A stretch of DNA of 64,000 bases from Candidatus Micrarchaeia archaeon (GTDB taxonomy: Archaea; Micrarchaeota; Micrarchaeia; Anstonellales; J096), in contig JBGQMY010000003.1 in assembly GCA_041500865.1 (NCBI GenBank), positions 1 to 64,000 on the forward strand, written 5' to 3'. Each line of letters opens with the position of its first letter. Position 1 is the stretch's first letter. The notes under the pieces were generated by a model. The model was not told where the DNA came from. It made no database searches and saw only the letters and a program-made list of their open reading frames with translations. Shown one piece after another: positions 1-9,751 of this stretch. Both the position numbers and the translations under genes were made by a program.

Positions 1-88
1 TATCATTCTCTGAATATAAAAACGTTGTGATTGGCGCGAAGGCGCGCGCCGAAAAAAATTAGGCTTTGCTGCGGCAACGACGATGGGT

Positions 89-124
89 CAATTCATTCCC
101 GGATTGAAATCCGGGGATTTCTTG
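89..124. mobile_element. possible relic IS200/IS605-family end hairpin
   Basis: CAATTCATTCCCGGATTGAAATCCGGGGATTTCTTG: hairpin CCCGGAT-TGAA-ATCCGGG framed by AATTCAT and GGGATTTCTTG, resembling IS200/IS605-type ends; no transposase in window. Confidence 0.3.
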
Positions 125-160
125 TCCAGCACGATTAAAAAATAAAAATTAAGGGCGTTT

Positions 161-706
161 TCAGCCCTGCAGAACCGACGTTGAGACGCTGACTGTCATT
201 TTCCTTAGGTTGTTTATGTCAGCAAGCGAGTCCGGGACTTCAAGGTAGTAAAACACCACCACGCCGTTGAACTGCTCGTTCGCGCTTCCCGTGGCCTTTG
301 TTCCGGGCGCAGTCGAGAAGTAGCACGGAATCTGCGAGCTCGTTGCCTTGGAGAATGTTGCAGTGTTTCCCGGCTCTATCGTAGGCTGCGTGCCCAAGTC
401 AGGTACGTTCGATATGCTGCTTGGTTCCGCCCCTTTGTAGCACACTGCCTTGTATACCTTTATGGCTTTTCCAAGCCCGTTCTGGAGCGCCATGGATATC
501 TGAAGCGAACCGTCAGTTGAGCTTGTCGTCTGCACTATCGGCTGCGTGTCCCCGCACGAGAATCCAACAGGCGTCATGCACCTCTGGACCTTTGACATGT
601 TGGTAAACAGCAGCAACAGTATGCCAAGAACTATCACTATCACCAGTATTGCCCACCCGTACGTCATCAGGTACTCAAGTGCGGCCTGTCCTTTTTTGGT
701 TTTCAT
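161..706 (-). CDS. type IV pilin-like protein with class III signal peptide
   Basis: KKGQ|AALEYLMTYGWAILVIVIVLGIL prepilin motif; last gene of pilus operon; ATG at 706 preferred over 742. Confidence 0.85.
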   Translation of the reverse strand: MKTKKGQAALEYLMTYGWAILVIVIVLGILLLLFTNMSKVQRCMTPVGFSCGDTQPIVQTTSSTDGSLQISMALQNGLGKAIKVYKAVCYKGAEPSSISNVPDLGTQPTIEPGNTATFSKATSSQIPCYFSTAPGTKATGSANEQFNGVVVFYYLEVPDSLADINNLRKMTVSVSTSVLQG

Positions 707-738
707 GTTTTCATCACACCTCTTTTTTGCAAAAAGCG

Positions 739-1809
739 TCATATGCCGAACCCCTGGAACAGGACTCCGACAAGGCTCGAGCCTCCAAAGAATATCAGGT
801 ACGCGACCAGCGCCATTATCGGGAAGAACTTTATGCCGTCGTTCTCGTTGCCCGTGTATGCCGCGCCGATTATGTACGCCGTAATGAAGTTGGTCACGAA
901 AATCATGACCAGCGAGAAGTAATAGAAATCGCCTGGCGTTATCGGAGGCCTTCCGAGGAAGAAGTTCCCCACAAGCGAGCCGGACGCCATCTGCTCCGTG
1001 CCGCTGGCAGGGGCGACCATCGCGAACGCGTTGAACAGTATCTCTATCAGCTTGTTTGAAACCGAGAGAAGGAACGGCACGCCGAACGCTGCGGCGAAGA
1101 ACAGGAAAATCACGTACACTATCAGCATGGACTTTATGTCCCTCCTGACTATGATGACCTCCCTTATGTCCTCGCTCAGCTTCTCCAGAACCACGCCGAC
1201 CTCGGCGCCGCTGGATATGGCCTGCTTGAGTATCTCAATGAAGCGCTTGAACAGCGTGGAGTTGAAGCGCGACGCAAGGTCGTCAAGCGCGTCGTTCATC
1301 GTCGTGCCTGAATAGGACTCCTTTATCGCCCTCCTAACCTCGACTGAAAGTATGCCGAACTCCGGCTTTGCCGAGTTCCAGAGCGCCTGGTCAACCGGCA
1401 TCCCGCCCCTCACGTTGGACGACACCATTGAAAGGAACTCCGGAAGCACGCTCTCAACCGCATTCCTCCTCGCATCCGCAAGGAAGACGTAATATGCGAC
1501 TATCAGCGTCCACGAGAACAGCACGGCCACTACCGAGAACGCCAGCGCAAGGACAGGGAATATGGAGCCCATGTTCGCCTGGCTTATGCTGAATGAAAGG
1601 TCCTTCAGGAACTGCTCAAGCGGGAAGAAGAAAAACGAGGAAAGGAGCGCCAGCACGAATATCGTGCTCAGCAATACTACCGAGACGCCTATGAAGTATG
1701 CGCCTGGGTTCGGGCTTCCTGCCTCGCTCATTATCCTATCCGCTTCCCTTTCGTAGTTCTTCGGGAATTGCTTGCCAAGATGGAACAGTGTGTTTATCAT
1801 TTTAATCAC
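739..1809 (-). CDS. type II secretion F / TadC-FlaJ family membrane platform protein
   Basis: multiple TM helices, LPEFLSMVSSNVRGGMPVDQAL T2SSF motif; alternative ATG at 1800. Confidence 0.85.
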   Translation of the reverse strand: MIKMINTLFHLGKQFPKNYEREADRIMSEAGSPNPGAYFIGVSVVLLSTIFVLALLSSFFFFPLEQFLKDLSFSISQANMGSIFPVLALAFSVVAVLFSWTLIVAYYVFLADARRNAVESVLPEFLSMVSSNVRGGMPVDQALWNSAKPEFGILSVEVRRAIKESYSGTTMNDALDDLASRFNSTLFKRFIEILKQAISSGAEVGVVLEKLSEDIREVIIVRRDIKSMLIVYVIFLFFAAAFGVPFLLSVSNKLIEILFNAFAMVAPASGTEQMASGSLVGNFFLGRPPITPGDFYYFSLVMIFVTNFITAYIIGAAYTGNENDGIKFFPIMALVAYLIFFGGSSLVGVLFQGFGI

Positions 1810-2651
1810 CCTAGGAAGGCGTACCTCGGCCTCGAGCTTTTGACGAAAGCGAGGAACATGTACTGCACGAAGCCCAAAAGAAGGGCAACGAGTATCAGGT
1901 ACACCAGCGGTATCGACATGTTCTTTCCAACGAAGGAAAGCAGTATCATCACGAATATCATGCCCAAAGACGGGAATATGACCGCGATGACAAGGTAAAA
2001 CATTATCAGCGGGTTCAGCTTCTGGCCGTATTCCTTGACCTCAAGGATCTGCTCCCTTGATATCTGGTCAACGGTCGCCCCTAGCGCCCTTGCGACGTTT
2101 GCGCCCGAGACAACCGAGTTGGCTATCTGTATCAGTATCCTCCTGAATGACGGGGACGGCGTCTTTTCCGCAGTGTCCCTCAGCACGTACGTAAGGGGCT
2201 CGCCGAACGTCACGCGCTCCACTATCTTCTTTATTTCGTCGCTTACGGCGCCGTAGCCGTGCGTGGTCCCGACAAGCGCGTCAAACAGCGGCATGCCTGA
2301 CGATATCTCAACGATTATGTGCTTCGCGGCAAAGACAATCTCGTTGTCAATGTCCTTTTTCCTCTTGATTATCTTCAGCTCCGGATAGATATACCCATAG
2401 TAGAAGAAAGCCAGGAACACCGCTATGAACACGATTACCGGCAGCGCAAGGCTTATCCAGTAAAGCACGGCCAGCCAGGCCGAGATTGCGGTCGTGAAAA
2501 GGGCCATTGCAAGCGCAGTCAGCACGACCCCGTCCAGGAATTCGTCAGGCTGTCTTTTGTCCCCTGCCATGTTAAGCTTCCTGCCCAGTCCAGGCAGATA
2601 CGGCAGCATTGCGTCCGAAATGTTCGATATTATTGGCATCCTTTTGCTCAT
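1806..2651 (-). CDS. type II secretion F / TadC-FlaJ family membrane protein
   Basis: EISSGMPLFDAL...FRRILIQIANSVVSG pattern, TM helices, operon context. Confidence 0.85.
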   Translation of the reverse strand: MSKRMPIISNISDAMLPYLPGLGRKLNMAGDKRQPDEFLDGVVLTALAMALFTTAISAWLAVLYWISLALPVIVFIAVFLAFFYYGYIYPELKIIKRKKDIDNEIVFAAKHIIVEISSGMPLFDALVGTTHGYGAVSDEIKKIVERVTFGEPLTYVLRDTAEKTPSPSFRRILIQIANSVVSGANVARALGATVDQISREQILEVKEYGQKLNPLIMFYLVIAVIFPSLGMIFVMILLSFVGKNMSIPLVYLILVALLLGFVQYMFLAFVKSSRPRYAFLG

Positions 2652-4273
2652 GTTTCCTCACCCTTAGGGAAATACTTGTCCACCAGCTCGTCGGGGAGCC
2701 CCTTTTCCTTTGCTATTCCTCTTCTGGCGTGCGCGATGGCGGCGGACTTGCCCATCTCGCCCTTTATGTATAGAAGGAACGCCTTCCTGTCCCTTGCCCC
2801 CAGCTCGTGGAGAAGCTCGGCCTCCTTCATGCCCGCTATCTCGCCCACGACCGCCGAAAGCACGTCCGAGCTCGTTATGAGCTCCTGCTTCTTCTCTTTT
2901 ATCGCATTTATTTTCTCCCTTACGGCCCCGAACCTGCCCGGATAGCCCTTTGCTATCGCGTCCTTCAGCGACTCGGCCTCCTTTTTGTCGAATATGTCCT
3001 TTGAAAGCGCAGCATCCACCTTTTTGCAATGCAGCTCAATGAAGAATTTCGCCGTTTCGCCTATTATCCTGGAGTATTCTATAGCAACGTGGTTTGAGTC
3101 ATTGACAAACTGAATCTCTATCCTGCTGAGCAGGACGCTGTCTCCTTCCGCGATTTTCTTGGCATTCTCGTATTTTGACTTCAGCTCGTTTGACGTTGCG
3201 TCAAGCGATTCGGCCAGCTCATTGACGCCCGATTCAATCTCCGATGAGAGGTGGCTTTTCACAAGCGAGGGAAGGTCCGCCGTCTTGACCTTTTCGCCCT
3301 TCATCCTGTCCCTCAAAAGCATGATTTCCGAATCTATCTTTTTCTTCTTTTCAAGGTTCTTCTCGCCTATCTTCATCTTCGTAAGTTCAAGAAGCCTCTT
3401 CGTTATGTCTATCCTGTCCTGGTAGACGTTGGACTTCACGCTCTCGTTTATGGAGGATATGTCCTCCTCCGCCTTCTTGGCTATGTCCCATGACAGCATC
3501 TCCGGCTCTGAAATCTTCGGCTCCTCGTGCTCATCAATGTACGATATGTGAATTTTTCCCGAAGGCGCGCGCTCGGCTTTTCTTTCGGCCGGCTTCGCAA
3601 CCTCTTCCTCATCGGCCTTCTTCATGTCTTCTTCCGACATGTTGATTTCCCCTATGTCGCCCTTGCTCTCTATCTCGGCAACTTCAGCCTCTTCCTCTGC
3701 CTCTTTTTTTGCAGGCGCTGCTGCGGCTGCCCCGGCCTCAAACTCCATCTCCTCAGGCTTAACCGGTTTCCTTGGCGCAGCCGGCTCCTCCGCCACCTCG
3801 ATTTCCGCTTCTTCAGGCGCCGGCCTGGAGACAGCCTGCGCTTTCCTTTCCTCTGCCGGTGGCCTCTGGACCTCCTCCTGAACCGGCTCTGTGCCCATGG
3901 CACTTTCAGCCTTCTTTTTCCTTATGGCCGCTGCAATGGACGTTGCGCCCCTTGACGGGGCTTCTGTAAAAGTGACCTGGGCTTGGGCAGAAGCCCTTTG
4001 GGCAGCTACCCTTTGGGCTGCAGCAGCCGGCAATGCGACCGCCTTCCTTGCTGCCTGCGGCGCTCCGGGCATTCCGGACCTGACTGATTTTATCCTGGAT
4101 ATCTTGTACAGCTTGTCCAGCCAGAGATACATGTCTGACGATTTGAACGTGCCATATGGGTATGTCGTGGTGAATGAGTACCGTGGCGAATCCGGCGCCT
4201 TGGCAAGCGGCTCCTTGGCTGACGCTCCTGCCTTCATCATCTCGTCAATCCTTGCCCTCAGGTCAACGTCCAT
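2648..4273 (-). CDS. hypothetical protein in pilus operon (Ala/Glu/Pro-rich linker, helical C-terminus)
   Basis: long ORF translationally coupled to neighbour; ATG at 4273 avoids overlap with ATPase gene. Confidence 0.7.
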   Translation of the reverse strand: MDVDLRARIDEMMKAGASAKEPLAKAPDSPRYSFTTTYPYGTFKSSDMYLWLDKLYKISRIKSVRSGMPGAPQAARKAVALPAAAAQRVAAQRASAQAQVTFTEAPSRGATSIAAAIRKKKAESAMGTEPVQEEVQRPPAEERKAQAVSRPAPEEAEIEVAEEPAAPRKPVKPEEMEFEAGAAAAAPAKKEAEEEAEVAEIESKGDIGEINMSEEDMKKADEEEVAKPAERKAERAPSGKIHISYIDEHEEPKISEPEMLSWDIAKKAEEDISSINESVKSNVYQDRIDITKRLLELTKMKIGEKNLEKKKKIDSEIMLLRDRMKGEKVKTADLPSLVKSHLSSEIESGVNELAESLDATSNELKSKYENAKKIAEGDSVLLSRIEIQFVNDSNHVAIEYSRIIGETAKFFIELHCKKVDAALSKDIFDKKEAESLKDAIAKGYPGRFGAVREKINAIKEKKQELITSSDVLSAVVGEIAGMKEAELLHELGARDRKAFLLYIKGEMGKSAAIAHARRGIAKEKGLPDELVDKYFPKGEET

Positions 4274-4286
4274 CAATCCAGCCCCG

Positions 4287-5780
4287 TCATATCCCGAATT
4301 CCCATTTCTTGTTGCCGTTCGCGTATTCCAGGACAAGCTCCGGGTCGTCATAGTAGGTTGAGACGATGTGGCCGACCTGGTCGACCTCGAAGTACTTGTT
4401 TGCGACTGTCCAGCTCAGGACTGCGATTTTCTCCTTCAGGTCCTGGTTTATTTCCTTCGGCGACAGGCCCGCATAAAGCTCAAGCGTATCGGCTATCCTG
4501 CTCAGCTCGCCTATCTTGTTGATGGAATCCTTTTTGCTGTCCCACCTGTAGATGGTGTTGAGCTCGCCCATCTTCTTGACTTCCGAAAACTCGAAGCATC
4601 TCCTGATGTTGAACCTCCTGTGCCTGAGCTGCACGACGATTCCGGCAAGCGCGTCAAGCACCTCCTTTGGCAGGTTTATGGGCGGCGTTGTGAGCCTGGA
4701 TATGGTCTGGTTCGCGTCGTCTGCGTGCAGCGTCGCGTAGACGCTGTGCCCTGTGTGCATGGCCTCGAAAAGCACCTCTGCCTCCCTCTGCCTCCTGACT
4801 TCCCCGACCAGTATCCTGTCGGGCCTCATCCTGAGCGAATTGACCATCAGGTCAAGCATGCTTATCTCGCCCTTGCCTTCGGGGTTGGCCTCCCTGGTCA
4901 CCAATGGAACCCATTGCAGGAACTTCGGAAGCGTGAGCTCCCTTGTGTCCTCAATGCTGATGACCCTGTGGTTTGCAGGGATGAACCCCGCTATGGCATT
5001 CAAAAAAGACGTTTTTCCGCTTCCTGTCCCTCCTGAGACGAGCAGCGAAAGCTCGTTCTGTATTGAAAGCCATATCAATGCCATGATTTCCGGAGACGAC
5101 GTGCCGTTCGCGATTATCGTTGAGGCTGTCCACGGGTTCTTTGCGAATTTCCTGATTGTTATTGTGTTTCCGAACGAGGATATCGGGAACAGCGTGGAAT
5201 TGACCCTGTCGCCGCTGCTTATATGCGCGTCCAGCAACGGGTTAAGGATGTTTATCTGCCTTCCTATCCTCCTTGCGATTAATGATGAGTAGTTGAGTAT
5301 CGTTTCCTCGTCTTTCACCTTGACGTTGGTCCTTGACCAGCCGAACCTCTTGTGGTATACCCAGACCGGCTCGGATGCCCCGTTTATGACCATTTCCTCA
5401 AGCGTGTCGTCCGCGAGTATGACCTCAAGCTGCCCCAACCCGAGGCTGTGCTGCACAAGGTACGTTGCAAGTATGTCCTCCTTGTCCTTCGTCAGGTTGG
5501 GAAAATTGGCCTGAAGCACTTCCCTGGCAACGCCGTAGAACTTGTCCCTTACAGACTTTTCCTTCTTCGGGTCAAGTATGTCGGCAATGTCGATTTCGAC
5601 CCTGGACATGACCTCGGCCTTCAGCTTCGTCTCAAGCAGCATCCTCGTTGCGTCGGATATGCCTGGTATCTTTACTTCGTAAAAAGGCACGAAGTCTGTG
5701 GAAGACCTCGAAATCGTAACCACTACGGGGATTCCCTCGTTTTTATAGTTGTACGTGTCCAGGACCTTTGTTTCCGCCAT
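4287..5780 (-). CDS. type IV pilus assembly ATPase (VirB11/TadA/FlaI family)
   Basis: Walker A GGTGSGKT, IEDTREL, LRMRPDRILVGEVR, His box HTGHSVYATLHA. Confidence 0.95.
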   Translation of the reverse strand: MAETKVLDTYNYKNEGIPVVVTISRSSTDFVPFYEVKIPGISDATRMLLETKLKAEVMSRVEIDIADILDPKKEKSVRDKFYGVAREVLQANFPNLTKDKEDILATYLVQHSLGLGQLEVILADDTLEEMVINGASEPVWVYHKRFGWSRTNVKVKDEETILNYSSLIARRIGRQINILNPLLDAHISSGDRVNSTLFPISSFGNTITIRKFAKNPWTASTIIANGTSSPEIMALIWLSIQNELSLLVSGGTGSGKTSFLNAIAGFIPANHRVISIEDTRELTLPKFLQWVPLVTREANPEGKGEISMLDLMVNSLRMRPDRILVGEVRRQREAEVLFEAMHTGHSVYATLHADDANQTISRLTTPPINLPKEVLDALAGIVVQLRHRRFNIRRCFEFSEVKKMGELNTIYRWDSKKDSINKIGELSRIADTLELYAGLSPKEINQDLKEKIAVLSWTVANKYFEVDQVGHIVSTYYDDPELVLEYANGNKKWEFGI

Positions 5781-5941
5781 TTAAACCATCCCTTTGGACT
5801 CCTTTTTAGACGATGTGTTTTTAAGTGTTTGTTTTTTGTGGCCTCCTTTTACGTCTAAAAAACGTGGGCTTCCAGAGACGGTAGAATTTGAGATGGTAAA
5901 ATATCACCGTTTAAAAATGGTACCCCACAGGGTAATTCATT

Positions 5942-6847
5942 ATGGGCGACCTCAAAATAAGGAAGGGCGGGCTAGAGATAGGCCTGGACCGCGGATGCGG
6001 GGATTACACATTCATCTCGCATGCGCATGCCGACCACCTGGAGAGGGCCAAGAACATAAAAAAGCTCATATCCAGCAAGGAGACTGCGCTTCTTGCAGGC
6101 ATATCCAAGGATGCGGAAATCCCCGAAGGGGTGACGCTGCATGACGCAGGCCACATCCTTGGCGCAAGGCAGCTGAGGGCGGAAACCGAAAACGGCGCCG
6201 TAGTCTATACCGGGGATTACAGGCTGAAAAAGGGCATTTTCGACAATGGCGGCGAGATTGTGGAAACCGACCACCTCATGATTGAGGCGACGTACGGGGA
6301 CCCGGCTTTCAGGTTCCCCGAGCCTTTTGAGGTATACGAAGACCTCTCAAAATGGATGAAGGAAAAGACAAAGGACTCAAACGTCTTGATTGGCGCATAC
6401 AGGATGGGGAAGTCCCAGGAGGTCATAAAGGTGCTAAACGAGTACCTGGGCATCGTCCCTGTCGTAGGAAGCTCCATCCACAATGTTGCCGAAATCTATA
6501 ACGGCCTGGGGCACGGCCTTGAGACGCTTATGATAGGGACGGACGAGGCGCAGGAGTCGCTGGATTCCGGGTTCGTAGCGATACTCCAGCCGAACAAGGT
6601 CAACAGGGCGTTCGCAAGGGCGCTTGCCGCGGCGCACAGCAGGCCGTGCCTTTCCGTTTCGGTTACAGGATGGAGCATCAGGTACGGCATGAATGTTGAC
6701 CAGTCGTTTCCGCTGAGTGACCATTCGGATTATTATGACACGGTCAGGTACATGGAAGAAAGCGGGGCGAAAAAGGTGACATTTTTTGACGGCGAGCCTG
6801 ATTACCTGTCAAAGGCCGCAAGGAGCCTTGGCATAACCGTTGTTTAA
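5942..6847 (+). CDS. MBL-fold / beta-CASP nuclease
   Basis: SHAHADH, AGHILG, YTGD, EATYG, LSDHSD motifs. Confidence 0.85.
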   Translation: MGDLKIRKGGLEIGLDRGCGDYTFISHAHADHLERAKNIKKLISSKETALLAGISKDAEIPEGVTLHDAGHILGARQLRAETENGAVVYTGDYRLKKGIFDNGGEIVETDHLMIEATYGDPAFRFPEPFEVYEDLSKWMKEKTKDSNVLIGAYRMGKSQEVIKVLNEYLGIVPVVGSSIHNVAEIYNGLGHGLETLMIGTDEAQESLDSGFVAILQPNKVNRAFARALAAAHSRPCLSVSVTGWSIRYGMNVDQSFPLSDHSDYYDTVRYMEESGAKKVTFFDGEPDYLSKAARSLGITVV

Positions 6848-7486
6848 TCAGCCGAACCTGATTGCGAACGTTGTCCTGTAAACCCTTTTTCCCTGTTTCA
6901 GGCCCCAGAGCTTCTTGCTTATCTTGTAATCCCTTATGCCCAGCTCCTTGATGACCGCAAGCGCGCCCTTGGACGAGCCGACCTTGAAGTCAACGCCTTC
7001 CCTTAATTCTTCCTCTGAAGCCACGAACGTTTCCTCGGCAAGCGCGGCTGCGAACGCCTTTCTCCATTTTGCTACGTCCCTTGGGTTCCCCCTAAGCTGG
7101 ATTATGGCCTCATAATAGTTTCCTGCCTTCTTGTTGCATTGCTCGCAGATGGACTTCTGGATTTCAACCCTTACGGGGACTGTTATGGGCACGTTGCCCC
7201 TGTCTGTTTCAATTTCAAACGTCAGCGTTGAGCTGTTTATGCCAATGGCCACGTTTCTGGCGTCCCTGCCCTTCACTTTCGCTGTAAGCCATTTGCCGAT
7301 TGCCTGTGGCTGGACAGCTATCCACTTCTTGCCCCGCAGGACGGCCCCGCACCTTGGGCACAGCGTGACTGAAAAGGATTTTGGAATCTCAATGTACGGC
7401 GTGTAGCAGTCTATGCATAGCATGTCTACGAACGGCTTGCTGCCCTTTTTCGCACCGCACTTTATGCAGACGTCAATCTCGGCCAT
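6848..7486 (-). CDS. NMD3-family ribosome biogenesis protein
   Basis: four CxxC pairs, YYEAIIQLRG, C-terminal G..VYRTTFAIR. Confidence 0.85.
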   Translation of the reverse strand: MAEIDVCIKCGAKKGSKPFVDMLCIDCYTPYIEIPKSFSVTLCPRCGAVLRGKKWIAVQPQAIGKWLTAKVKGRDARNVAIGINSSTLTFEIETDRGNVPITVPVRVEIQKSICEQCNKKAGNYYEAIIQLRGNPRDVAKWRKAFAAALAEETFVASEEELREGVDFKVGSSKGALAVIKELGIRDYKISKKLWGLKQGKRVYRTTFAIRFG

Positions 7487-7516
7487 GATGGGGATAATGC
7501 TGATTCGGTTTAAAAA

Positions 7517-8461
7517 TCAGGCGGCAATGCAGTCGCCGAAGGATTTCATGAACGCGTTTCCGGTTATGCCCGCAAGCCATTCTATTGACTTGAGGAATGC
7601 GGCCGTTTTCTCTTTGCCGCTTGCCTTGGCGATTGAGGGCGCGGTCTTGTGTTCTTTATCTTCTGCCTCGATGCTTGCGTTGTGTTCAAGCAATAAGGCG
7701 CAGGTTGGGGTGTGTCCATACATTGCGGCAAACATGAGCGCAGTCATGCCGTATTCGTTCTTTGCATTTACGTCTGCGCCCTTCTTGATTAGCAGTGCGC
7801 AGGTGTCGGTATTCTCGTTCCGTGCTGCATACATGAGCGCGGTCCTGCCGCGGTTGTCCTTTACATCGATGCTTGCTCCTTTATCGAGCAGTAAAGCGCA
7901 GGTTTGGGCGTGTCCGTTCCTTGCGGCACACATGAACGCTGTCCAGCCGTCGTTGTCCTTTGCCTCGATGGTTGCGCCTTTTTCAAGCAGTAAAGCGCAG
8001 GTTTCGGTGCGTCCGTTCCATGCGGCATACATGAGCGCAGTCCAGCCGTCATTGCTCTTTGCCTCGATGCTTGCGTTGTGTTCAAGCAGTAAAGCGCAGG
8101 TTGGGGTGTGTCCGTTCATTGCGGCATGCATGAGCGCAGTCCAGCCGCCATTGCTCTTTGCCTCGGTGCTTGCTCCTTTTTCAAGCAGTAAAGCGCAGGT
8201 TGGGGTGCGTCCGTTCCATGCGGCACGCATGAGCGCGGTATCGCCGGAGTTGTCCTTTGCGTCTATGCTTGCGCCTTTCTTCAACAGCCTACTGATTTCT
8301 TCAGCATCTCCGTTTCCAGCGGCACCCAGGAGGGCGTCATTGAACTGCTTCTGCGCTTTTTCTGACAGTTTCGGCTTCTCGCTTGGCGCCGGCTCTTGCC
8401 TGCGTTTTATGATATGCATCTTCTCAAGCGCGCGCCTGAGCAAGGGCTTCCTTTCCTGCAT
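7517..8461 (-). CDS. ankyrin repeat protein, C-terminus CIAA
   Basis: ~8 repeats G.TALM.AA.NG....C.LLL..GA; ATG at 8461 lies ~25 bp from a TATA-like box. Confidence 0.9.
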   Translation of the reverse strand: MQERKPLLRRALEKMHIIKRRQEPAPSEKPKLSEKAQKQFNDALLGAAGNGDAEEISRLLKKGASIDAKDNSGDTALMRAAWNGRTPTCALLLEKGASTEAKSNGGWTALMHAAMNGHTPTCALLLEHNASIEAKSNDGWTALMYAAWNGRTETCALLLEKGATIEAKDNDGWTAFMCAARNGHAQTCALLLDKGASIDVKDNRGRTALMYAARNENTDTCALLIKKGADVNAKNEYGMTALMFAAMYGHTPTCALLLEHNASIEAEDKEHKTAPSIAKASGKEKTAAFLKSIEWLAGITGNAFMKSFGDCIAA

Positions 8462-8500
8462 GGCTTTGTTGTGCGGCAAAGGGAATAAAAATGGCTCCGC

Positions 8501-8521
8501 GAAGCTTTTTGGAAAAAGGCT
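8501..8521. repeat. palindromic intergenic repeat family 1 (GAAGC-T5...A5-GGCT)
   Basis: related copies at 14839-14915 (three) and 30568-30592. Confidence 0.6.
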
Positions 8522-8540
8522 TTGGCGAAAACAGGCTTAG

Positions 8541-8578
8541 CGCCCAGCCTTCCTTTGTTTGGCGCTGCGGCGCCCTAA
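8541..8578. repeat. ankyrin-locus intergenic repeat with hairpin
   Basis: similar to 11779-11817; compensatory change GGCGC-TGCG-GCGCC vs GGCAC-TGCG-GTGCC. Confidence 0.65.
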
Positions 8579-8584
8579 TCAAAG

Positions 8585-9721
8585 TCATGCTGCAATGCAT
8601 TCGTTGAATGATACCATGAACGCGTTCCCCCCAATCGCAAACAATTCCATTAATTTGAGGAACTCCGCGGTGTCGGTGTATCTGGTATATGGGTTGTTGG
8701 GGTCTGCGGCCTTGTGCAGGGCTGTCTTGCCGCGATTGTCCTTTGCGTTTATGAATTCCTTTAAGTCCCCGTCTGTTTTTGCGTATTCGTCTATTAGCAA
8801 TTTGCAGAAGTTGGTTAATCCGTATTGTGCGGCCTCGTGCAGGGCTGTCTTGCCGCCTTTGTCTTTTGCGGCAATCAGTTCCTTTGCGTCCCCGCCGGCT
8901 TTTGCGTATTCCTGTATCAGCAGCAGGGCGACGTCCTGGATAAGCCCAGACCGCGGAGCATTGTGCAGGGCTGTCTTGCCGCCTTTGTCTTCTGCGGCAA
9001 TCAGCTCCTTTGCGTCCCCGCCTGCCTTTGCGTATTCCTGTATCAGTAGGGAGCATAATTGTGCCTCTTTCGAAGCTGCGGCCTCGTGCAGGGCTGTATT
9101 GCCGCCCGTGTTCCTTGCGGTTATGATTTCCTTTGCGTCTCCGCCGGCTTTTGCGTATTCGCCTATGAGCAGGATGCCGATTTCAATATGCCCTTCCCAT
9201 GCGGCATGGTGCAGGGGTGTGGTGTCATAGTAATTGTCCTTTGCGGCAATCAGTTCCTTTGCGTCCCCGCCGGCTTTTGCGTATTCGCCTATGAGCAATT
9301 TGCAGGTTTCGGCGTGTCCCTTTTCTGCGGCATCATGCAGGGCTGTACCTTTACACTTGTCCTTTGCGGCAATGAGTTCCTTTATGTCGCCGCCTGCCTT
9401 TGCGTATTCGCCTATGAGCAGGGCGCAGGTTTCGGCGTGCCCATCCAATGCGGCATGGTGCAGGGGCGTCTTGCCTTCATTGTTTCTTGCAAGGACTGAA
9501 TGACGGTCCTTATCCTTTGCAGTCATGTCCGCGCCTGTCTTGATGAGCCGCAGCATCTTTGCATTGTTGCCATTCTTTGCGGCGCTGATAAGCGCATTGT
9601 CAAGCCTTCTTCCGGCAAACAGCCTCCTTATCGACCGCGCTGCCGATGCCAGCACCTCCCTTGTGCGCTCCAAATGTTTTTTGGGCTTGCTGGCCTGCCG
9701 TGGCCTATGCCGCTGCTCCAT
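8585..9721 (-). CDS. ankyrin repeat protein with ~42-aa extended repeats, C-terminus CIAA
   Basis: TALH.AA repeats each carrying an EYAKAGGDAKELIAAKD insert. Confidence 0.9.
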   Translation of the reverse strand: MEQRHRPRQASKPKKHLERTREVLASAARSIRRLFAGRRLDNALISAAKNGNNAKMLRLIKTGADMTAKDKDRHSVLARNNEGKTPLHHAALDGHAETCALLIGEYAKAGGDIKELIAAKDKCKGTALHDAAEKGHAETCKLLIGEYAKAGGDAKELIAAKDNYYDTTPLHHAAWEGHIEIGILLIGEYAKAGGDAKEIITARNTGGNTALHEAAASKEAQLCSLLIQEYAKAGGDAKELIAAEDKGGKTALHNAPRSGLIQDVALLLIQEYAKAGGDAKELIAAKDKGGKTALHEAAQYGLTNFCKLLIDEYAKTDGDLKEFINAKDNRGKTALHKAADPNNPYTRYTDTAEFLKLMELFAIGGNAFMVSFNECIAA

Positions 9722-9751
9722 GCCTTTGTTGTGCGGCGAAGGGAATAAAAA

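Noticed and set aside
7413..8540. Long antisense ORFs over ankyrin and housekeeping genes (e.g. 7413-8540, 32647-33756, 39007-39999, 57685-58761)
   Set aside because: Shadow frames of real genes on the opposite strand; no motifs of their own.
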